Of a DNA stretch of 64,000 nucleotides, positions 58,592 to 64,000 are shown one piece after another (the first letter of the stretch is position 1; every line of letters begins with the position of its first letter). Position numbers and translations under genes: made by a program. This stretch comes from Actinomycetes bacterium (GTDB lineage: Bacteria > Actinomycetota > Actinomycetes > Mycobacteriales > Mycobacteriaceae): positions 6,893 to 70,892 of the forward strand of contig JAKOYE010000185.1 of the NCBI GenBank assembly GCA_029780675.1, written 5' to 3'. The notes beneath the pieces are model-generated. The model was not told the origin of the DNA and searched no databases. It was given only the letters and a program-made list of their open reading frames with translations.

Positions 58592-60058
58592 ATGACCATC
58601 GCGGCGGACCGCTCCAGTGAGCTGTTCATCGACGGCCATCTGCTACCCGGAAACGGTGGGCGATTCCCGACGCTGAACCCCGCCACCGAGGAGGTGCTCG
58701 GTACCGCCGCCGATGCTGACGCCGCGGACATGGACCGCGCGATCGCCGCCGCCCGCCGCGCCTTCGACGACACCGACTGGTCCAGGGACACCGCGCTACG
58801 GGTGCACTGCATCCGCCAGCTGCGCCAGGCCATGCGCGATCACATCGAGGACCTGCGCGAGATCACCATGGCCGAGGCGGGCGCGCCGCGGATGCTGACC
58901 GCTGCCGCCCAACTGGAGGGTCCGGTCGCGGATCTGAGCTTCGCCTCGGACACCGCCGAGAGCTACCCCTGGCGCGTCGACCTCGGCGAGGCCGCCCCGA
59001 TGGGGATTCGCACCCGCAGGACCGTGGTGCGCGAGGCGGTCGGGGTGGTCGGCGCGATCACCCCGTGGAACTTCCCGCACCAGATCAACCTCGCCAAGAT
59101 CGGCCCCGCACTCGCGGCGGGCAACACCGTCGTCCTCAAACCGGCACCCGACACCCCCTGGTGCGCAGCGGTTCTCGGCGAGCTGGCCGCCGAGCACACC
59201 GACCTCCCGCCCGGGGTCCTCAACATCGTCACCTCCGCCGACCACGCCGTCGGCGCGCTGCTGACGGAGGATCCCCGAGTCGACATGGTCTCGTTCACCG
59301 GGTCCACCGCGACCGGCCGCGCCGTGATGGCCGCCGCCGCGGCCACCGTCAAGAAGGTGTTCCTGGAACTGGGCGGGAAGTCGGCGTTCCTGGTCCTTGA
59401 CGATGCCGACCTCGCGGCGGCCTGCGCGATGGCCGGGTTCACCGCATCCATGCACGCCGGGCAGGGATGCGCGATCACCACCCGACTGGTGGTACCGCGC
59501 GCCCGCTACGACGATGCGGTGGCGGCGGCAGCGGCGACCATGAGCGGCATCCGGCCGGGTGACCCGACCAACCCGGGCACCATCTGCGGTCCGCTGATCT
59601 CGCAGCGCCAGCGCGACCGGGTGCAGGCCTACCTGGACCTCGCCGTCGCCGAGGGCGGGCGGTTCGCGTGCGGCGGGCGGCAACCGGCCGAGCGGGACCG
59701 CGGGTACTTCATCGAGCCGACGGTCATCGCGGGCCTGGACAACACCTCCCAGGTCGCCCGTGAGGAGATCTTCGGGCCCGTGCTCACCGTGATCGCGCAC
59801 GATGGCGATGACGACGCGGTCCGCATCGCCAACGACTCCCCCTACGGGCTGTCCGGCACGGTGTTCAGCGCCGACCCGCGACGCCCTCAGTCCGTGGCCG
59901 ACCGACTCCGGGTCGGCACCGTCAACGTCAACGGCGGCGTCTGGTACTCCGCGGACATGCCGTTCGGCGGCTACAAGCAGTCCGGGATCGGCCGCGAGAT
60001 GGGTGTGCCCGGCTTCGAGGAGTACCTGCAGATCAAGGCCATCGCGACGGCGGTGTGA
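58592..60058 (+). CDS. aldA: NAD-dependent aldehyde dehydrogenase
   Basis: Carries ELGGKS, the catalytic-Cys region GQGCAITTRL, and the PFGGYKQSGIGRE motif. Confidence 0.9.
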   Translation: MTIAADRSSELFIDGHLLPGNGGRFPTLNPATEEVLGTAADADAADMDRAIAAARRAFDDTDWSRDTALRVHCIRQLRQAMRDHIEDLREITMAEAGAPRMLTAAAQLEGPVADLSFASDTAESYPWRVDLGEAAPMGIRTRRTVVREAVGVVGAITPWNFPHQINLAKIGPALAAGNTVVLKPAPDTPWCAAVLGELAAEHTDLPPGVLNIVTSADHAVGALLTEDPRVDMVSFTGSTATGRAVMAAAAATVKKVFLELGGKSAFLVLDDADLAAACAMAGFTASMHAGQGCAITTRLVVPRARYDDAVAAAAATMSGIRPGDPTNPGTICGPLISQRQRDRVQAYLDLAVAEGGRFACGGRQPAERDRGYFIEPTVIAGLDNTSQVAREEIFGPVLTVIAHDGDDDAVRIANDSPYGLSGTVFSADPRRPQSVADRLRVGTVNVNGGVWYSADMPFGGYKQSGIGREMGVPGFEEYLQIKAIATAV

Positions 60059-60068
60059 GAGGGGAACG

Positions 60069-60836
60069 GTGAGCCGATTCAACGAGCGGAAACAGTTTGA
60101 CGAGAGGGTCGGCATCGTTACCGGTGCCGGCGGCGGCATCGGCCAGGCCTACGCCGAGGCCTTGGCGCGCGAGGGTGCGGCGGTGGTGGTGGCCGATATC
60201 AACGTCGACGGCGCCGAACGGGTGGCCGCCGGGATCCGCGCTGAGGGCGGCATCGCGCTCGCCGTGCCGGTCGACGTCTCCGACCCCGACTCCGCCCGGG
60301 CGATGGCCGAACGCGCGGTCGCGGAATTCGGTGGCATCGACTACCTGGTGAACAACGCCGCCATCTTCGGCGGAATGAAACTGGACATGCTTCTCACCGT
60401 GGACTGGGACTACTACAAGAAGTTCATGAGCGTGAACCTCGACGGGGCACTGGTCTGCACGCGGGCGGTGTACAAGGAGATGGCCGAGCGCGGGGGAGGC
60501 GCGATCGTCAACCAGTCCTCGACCGCGGCGTGGTTGTACTCCAACTACTACGGCCTGGCCAAGGCCGGCGTCAACAGCCTGACCCAGCAACTCTCCCGTG
60601 AGCTGGGCTGGCAGAAGATCCGGATCAACGCCATCGCGCCGGGACCGATAGACACCGAAGCGAATCGGACCACCACCCCGCAGCAGATCGTCGCCGACAT
60701 CGTGTCGCGGATCCCGCTCAGCCGGATGGGTGAGCCCGCGGACCTCGTCGGGTTGTGCCTGTTCCTGCTGTCCGACGAGGCCCGCTGGATCACCGGGCAG
60801 ATCTTCAACGTCGATGGGGGGCAGATCATCCGATGA
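60069..60836 (+). CDS. short-chain dehydrogenase/reductase (Rv0769-like)
   Basis: GTG 60069 (VSRFNERKQF..). Carries VTGAGGGIGQA, YGLAK and FNVDGG. Confidence 0.88.
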   Translation: MSRFNERKQFDERVGIVTGAGGGIGQAYAEALAREGAAVVVADINVDGAERVAAGIRAEGGIALAVPVDVSDPDSARAMAERAVAEFGGIDYLVNNAAIFGGMKLDMLLTVDWDYYKKFMSVNLDGALVCTRAVYKEMAERGGGAIVNQSSTAAWLYSNYYGLAKAGVNSLTQQLSRELGWQKIRINAIAPGPIDTEANRTTTPQQIVADIVSRIPLSRMGEPADLVGLCLFLLSDEARWITGQIFNVDGGQIIR

Positions 60837-61714
60837 CTGTGAGTGATCCCATTGAAGACGGCGACGAGGCCGTTCCGCGACTCGGCTACATCGGCCTAGG
60901 CAGTATGGGTGCGCCGATGGCGCAGCGGCTCGTCGGGTGGGCCGGCGGACTGGTGGTCTACGACGTGCGGCCGGAAGCCTCAGCCCCCTTCGCCGAAGCG
61001 GGTGCGGCGGTTGCCGCCAGTCCCGCCGACGTCGCGACCGCGGACCTGATCAGCGTCACGGTGCTCGATGATGCGCAGGTGCGCGATGTGGTAGCCGAAC
61101 TCGCCGCGCACGCCGCACCCGGCACCGTCATCGCCATCCACTCCACCATCGGCGAGAGCACCGCCGGCGAACTGGCCGAGCGCTATGCACCGCAGGGGAT
61201 CAGCATCATCGACGCGCCCGTCAGCGGCGGTGCAGGCGCGGCCGAGAAGGGTCAACTCGCCACTATGGTGGGCGCGCCCCGACCCGTCTACGAGCGTGTC
61301 AAGCCCATCTTCAAACAATGGGCGTCGTTGGTGATCCACGCCGGCGAGCCCGGCGCGGGAACGAGGATGAAGTTGGCTCGCAACATGATCACCTTCACCG
61401 CATTCGCCGCGGCCTGTGAGGCGATGACGCTGGCGGAACGGGCCGGACTGAACCTGCAGGATCTCGGTCGGGTTGTTCGGCACACCGACGCGCTCACCGG
61501 GGGCGCGGGCGCGATCATGGTGCGCGACACCATGGCCGAACTCGGCCCCGGGCACTGGCTCCACGACACCTTCATCCACACCCGGTCGCTGGGCGAGAAG
61601 GACCTGGATCTTGTTCTCGCCCTAGGAGATTCCTTGGACGTGGAACTACCGCTGGCGCAGATTGCGCTGCGTGACCTGGCCGTGGGGCTGGGTGTGCCAC
61701 ACCCGGAGGAGTGA
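60833..61714 (+). CDS. NAD(P)-dependent 3-hydroxyisobutyrate/6-phosphogluconate dehydrogenase-family oxidoreductase (Rv0770-like)
   Basis: ATG 60833 overlaps the upstream stop (ATGA). Carries the motif LGYIGLGSMGAPMAQRL. Confidence 0.85.
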   Translation: MTVSDPIEDGDEAVPRLGYIGLGSMGAPMAQRLVGWAGGLVVYDVRPEASAPFAEAGAAVAASPADVATADLISVTVLDDAQVRDVVAELAAHAAPGTVIAIHSTIGESTAGELAERYAPQGISIIDAPVSGGAGAAEKGQLATMVGAPRPVYERVKPIFKQWASLVIHAGEPGAGTRMKLARNMITFTAFAAACEAMTLAERAGLNLQDLGRVVRHTDALTGGAGAIMVRDTMAELGPGHWLHDTFIHTRSLGEKDLDLVLALGDSLDVELPLAQIALRDLAVGLGVPHPEE

Positions 61715-62127
61715 TGATGGAACCCGAAGAAGTGACGATGGACTCCGGAGACGGCGGGATGGACCCGGTGCGCCGCAAGGGACTGGCGAAGATGAACGAG
61801 GTCTACGGGTGGGAGATGCCCGATATGCCCGGCGACTACTTCGCGCTGACCGTCGACCATCTGTTCGCCAACATCTGGAGCCGCCCGGGTCTGTCGATGC
61901 GGGACAAACGGATCATGACGCTGTCGGTGGTCACCGCGCTCGGGCTACCCGACCTGGCCGAGATCCAGGTGAACGCCGCCCTGCACAACTCCGAACTCAC
62001 TCCCGCCGAACTGCGTGAGATGGCCCTGTTCATCACCCATTACGTGGGTTTTCCGCTCGGCTCGACGTTCAACGGGGTCGTCGAGAAGGTCATCGCGCGC
62101 CGCCAGGATTCCGCGCCGCGAGACTGA
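61711..62127 (+). CDS. carboxymuconolactone-decarboxylase-family protein (Rv0771-like)
   Basis: 138 aa. Contains the IWSRPGLSMRDKRIMTLSVVTALG motif region of the CMD family. Confidence 0.8.
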   Translation: MMMEPEEVTMDSGDGGMDPVRRKGLAKMNEVYGWEMPDMPGDYFALTVDHLFANIWSRPGLSMRDKRIMTLSVVTALGLPDLAEIQVNAALHNSELTPAELREMALFITHYVGFPLGSTFNGVVEKVIARRQDSAPRD

Positions 62128-62131
62128 CGGA

Positions 62132-62536
62132 TCACCACCCCCCGACGGAGACGCTGAACGCGAACAATCCGACCGCCAGCACCGCCCCGCAGAGGAACAG
62201 GGTGCCCACGGCGAACGGCCAGCCGGTCCGGCGCCGGCTGAGGCGCACGACGGTGACCACCAGTCCGACGACGCCGATGGCGACGGCCGCGCCGACCGCA
62301 CCCATCACCGACAGCACCGCGCCCTCGACGCTGCAACTGTCCGGCGGGCAGTAGTCCAGGAATGCCAGCATCATCAGGCCCATGAACCCGCACGCCGCGA
62401 GCATCAGGGCGGTCAGCACCAGCGCGATGATCGAGGCGACGCGGTCACCGGCGGTCGCCGCGGGGGTCGGCGGCGGCGGGTACTGGGGGTATTGCGGGTA
62501 CTGCGAGTACGGGGGATACGGCGGGGGATGGCCCAT
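62132..62536 (-). CDS. membrane protein with Pro/Tyr/Gln-rich N-terminus
   Basis: ATG 62536. MGHPPPYPPYSQYPQYPQYPPPP is followed by about 4 hydrophobic helices. The track ORF extension to 63130 is antisense to purD. Confidence 0.6.
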   Translation of the reverse strand: MGHPPPYPPYSQYPQYPQYPPPPTPAATAGDRVASIIALVLTALMLAACGFMGLMMLAFLDYCPPDSCSVEGAVLSVMGAVGAAVAIGVVGLVVTVVRLSRRRTGWPFAVGTLFLCGAVLAVGLFAFSVSVGGW

Positions 62537-62593
62537 GTCCGGATCGTAACGACGACCGGATGAACCCGTCCGTCGCTTCGCTAGGGTGTGTGC

Positions 62594-63859
62594 GTGCGCG
62601 TCCTTGTGATCGGATCCGGTGCCCGCGAACACGCCCTGCTGACGGCCTTGCGCAGGGACCCGGCGGTGGAGTACCTGGCGGTGGCCCCGGGCAACGCCGG
62701 CACGGCCGCGATCGCCGATCAGCACAATGTCGACGGCGCCTCGCCGGATGAGGTCACCGTGCTGGCCCGACGGCTCAACGTCGATCTTGTGGTGATCGGA
62801 CCCGAGGGCCCCCTGGTCCGGGGAGTTGCCGACGCCGTCCGCGCGGCCGGAATCGCCTGCTTCGGTCCGTCTCGGGAGGCGGCCCGCATCGAGGGCTCGA
62901 AGGCCTTCGCCAAGGATGTGATGGCCGCTGCGGGTGTGCGCACCGCCGCCAGCGAGACCGTCGCCGACCCCGCCCTGCTCGACGCCGCCCTCGACCGATT
63001 CGGTCCGGCCGCCGGACAACCCGCCTGGGTGGTCAAGGACGACGGACTCGCCGCCGGAAAGGGGGTGGTCGTCACCGCGGACCGGGACACCGCCCGCGCG
63101 CACGCCGCAGAGGTGCTCGACGACGGGCACCCGGTGCTGCTGGAGTCCTTCCTGGACGGTCCCGAGGTCTCACTGTTCTGTCTGGTCGACGGGGCGACGG
63201 TGGTGCCACTGCTTCCCGCGCAGGACTTCAAACGGGTCGGTGACGGCGACACCGGGCTCAACACCGGCGGGATGGGCGCCTACGCCCCGCTGCCCTGGCT
63301 GCCCGCGTCGGTGACGGCCGGGATCGTCGCCGAGGTGGTTGCCCCGGTGGCGTCGGAGATGGTGGCCCGCGGGTGTCCGTTCTCCGGTCTGTTGTACGCC
63401 GGTCTGGCCATCACCTCGGAGGGGCCGGCCGTCGTCGAGTTCAACTGCCGCTTCGGCGATCCCGAGACCCAGGCGGTGCTCGCACTGCTGGACACCCCGA
63501 TCGCCGGGGTGCTGTACGCGACCGCGGCCGGGACCCTCGCGGAGGCGCAACCGCTGCGCTGGAAGGACGGCTTCGCGGTGGCCGTGGTGCTGGCCGCGGC
63601 CAACTACCCCGGCACTCCCCGAACCGGCGACGTCCTCGCCGGGGCCGACGGCGAGGGTGTGCTGCACGCGGGCACCGCCCTTCGCGACGGACAACTCGTC
63701 TCGGCCGGGGGCAGGGTCCTGACCGTCGTCGGCACCGGTCCGGACCTGACCGACGCGCGTGCCGACGCCTATCGGACAATCGACCGAATTCAGCTGTCCG
63801 GCAGCCACTTCCGCCGTGATATCGCCCTGGCCGCCGCGGAGGGGCGGATCGCGCTCTGA
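62594..63859 (+). CDS. purD: phosphoribosylamine-glycine ligase
   Basis: [16 protein letters not shown]-terminus and ATP-grasp core ([10 protein letters not shown]). Confidence 0.93.
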   Translation: MRVLVIGSGAREHALLTALRRDPAVEYLAVAPGNAGTAAIADQHNVDGASPDEVTVLARRLNVDLVVIGPEGPLVRGVADAVRAAGIACFGPSREAARIEGSKAFAKDVMAAAGVRTAASETVADPALLDAALDRFGPAAGQPAWVVKDDGLAAGKGVVVTADRDTARAHAAEVLDDGHPVLLESFLDGPEVSLFCLVDGATVVPLLPAQDFKRVGDGDTGLNTGGMGAYAPLPWLPASVTAGIVAEVVAPVASEMVARGCPFSGLLYAGLAITSEGPAVVEFNCRFGDPETQAVLALLDTPIAGVLYATAAGTLAEAQPLRWKDGFAVAVVLAAANYPGTPRTGDVLAGADGEGVLHAGTALRDGQLVSAGGRVLTVVGTGPDLTDARADAYRTIDRIQLSGSHFRRDIALAAAEGRIAL

Positions 63860-63899
63860 GCCGTTCGGCCCGGCGACCCGCCGTCGGCTATCGCACCTG

Positions 63900-64000
63900 T
63901 CAGGCGGTCAGCAACGGCGCCATCCAGGCGAGTTCGCCGGGCAGCATCGCGCTCCAGTAGCTGCCGTCGTGGCCGCCGGGGGAGAAGCCGCCGGCCGGCG
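63900..64000 (-). CDS. 3' end of an esterase-family (alpha/beta hydrolase) gene, truncated by the window
   Basis: The reverse frame reads ...AGGFSPGGHDGSYWSAMLPGELAWMAPLLTA-stop. Only 33 codons are visible. Confidence 0.4.
   Translation of the reverse strand, partial: PAGGFSPGGHDGSYWSAMLPGELAWMAPLLTA

Overview
This is a high-GC actinobacterial (Mycobacterium-type) chromosome segment. All calls come from reading the ORF translations and the DNA by eye; no searches were run, and all Rv-number synteny is from memory. From left to right the window holds six blocks. (1) nt 1-20316: a cholesterol side-chain and ring catabolic cluster (kshA, ltp3/ltp4, cyp142, echA19, fadD19, fadE26/27, fdxD, hsd4A and others) with four canonical KstR operator boxes in its divergent promoter regions. 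(2) nt 20313-27166: otsA, two paralogous small 4-Cys secreted proteins, an SDR, an LCP (CpsA-like) protein, a DUF427 protein and an FAD oxidoreductase. (3) nt 27193-37497: a 10.3-kb element integrated in the 3' half of tRNA-Thr(UGU). It is bounded by 38-bp direct repeats and carries a tyrosine integrase, Xis, an XRE repressor, a second tyrosine recombinase, a DUF3987 replication protein, a head-only morphogenesis module (protease-like, DUF2190 decoration, major capsid, scaffold-like) and a low-GC DUF3800 cargo gene. I could not find a large terminase, portal or tail genes, so it looks like a phiRv2-like cryptic prophage or a candidate satellite. (4) nt 37555-40930: a decapeptide-repeat protein, phoP-phoR with a textbook PhoP direct-repeat box, and a HIT protein. 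(5) nt 41104-51966: the most unusual feature, a single uninterrupted 10.7-kb ORF of 3556 aa. It encodes a PGRS-like glycine-repeat protein with no PE domain, ten exactly phased 333-nt tandem units, an embedded proprotein-convertase-type P-domain and a C-terminal YVTN beta-propeller. A signal-peptide-like ORF sits just upstream in the same frame, separated from it by a single TAG. (6) nt 52029-64000: the conserved cyp51-ferredoxin-cyp123-adhB-aldA cluster (Rv0760c-Rv0771-like), a PY-rich membrane protein, purD and a partial esterase. I saw no rRNA, CRISPR array or IS element.
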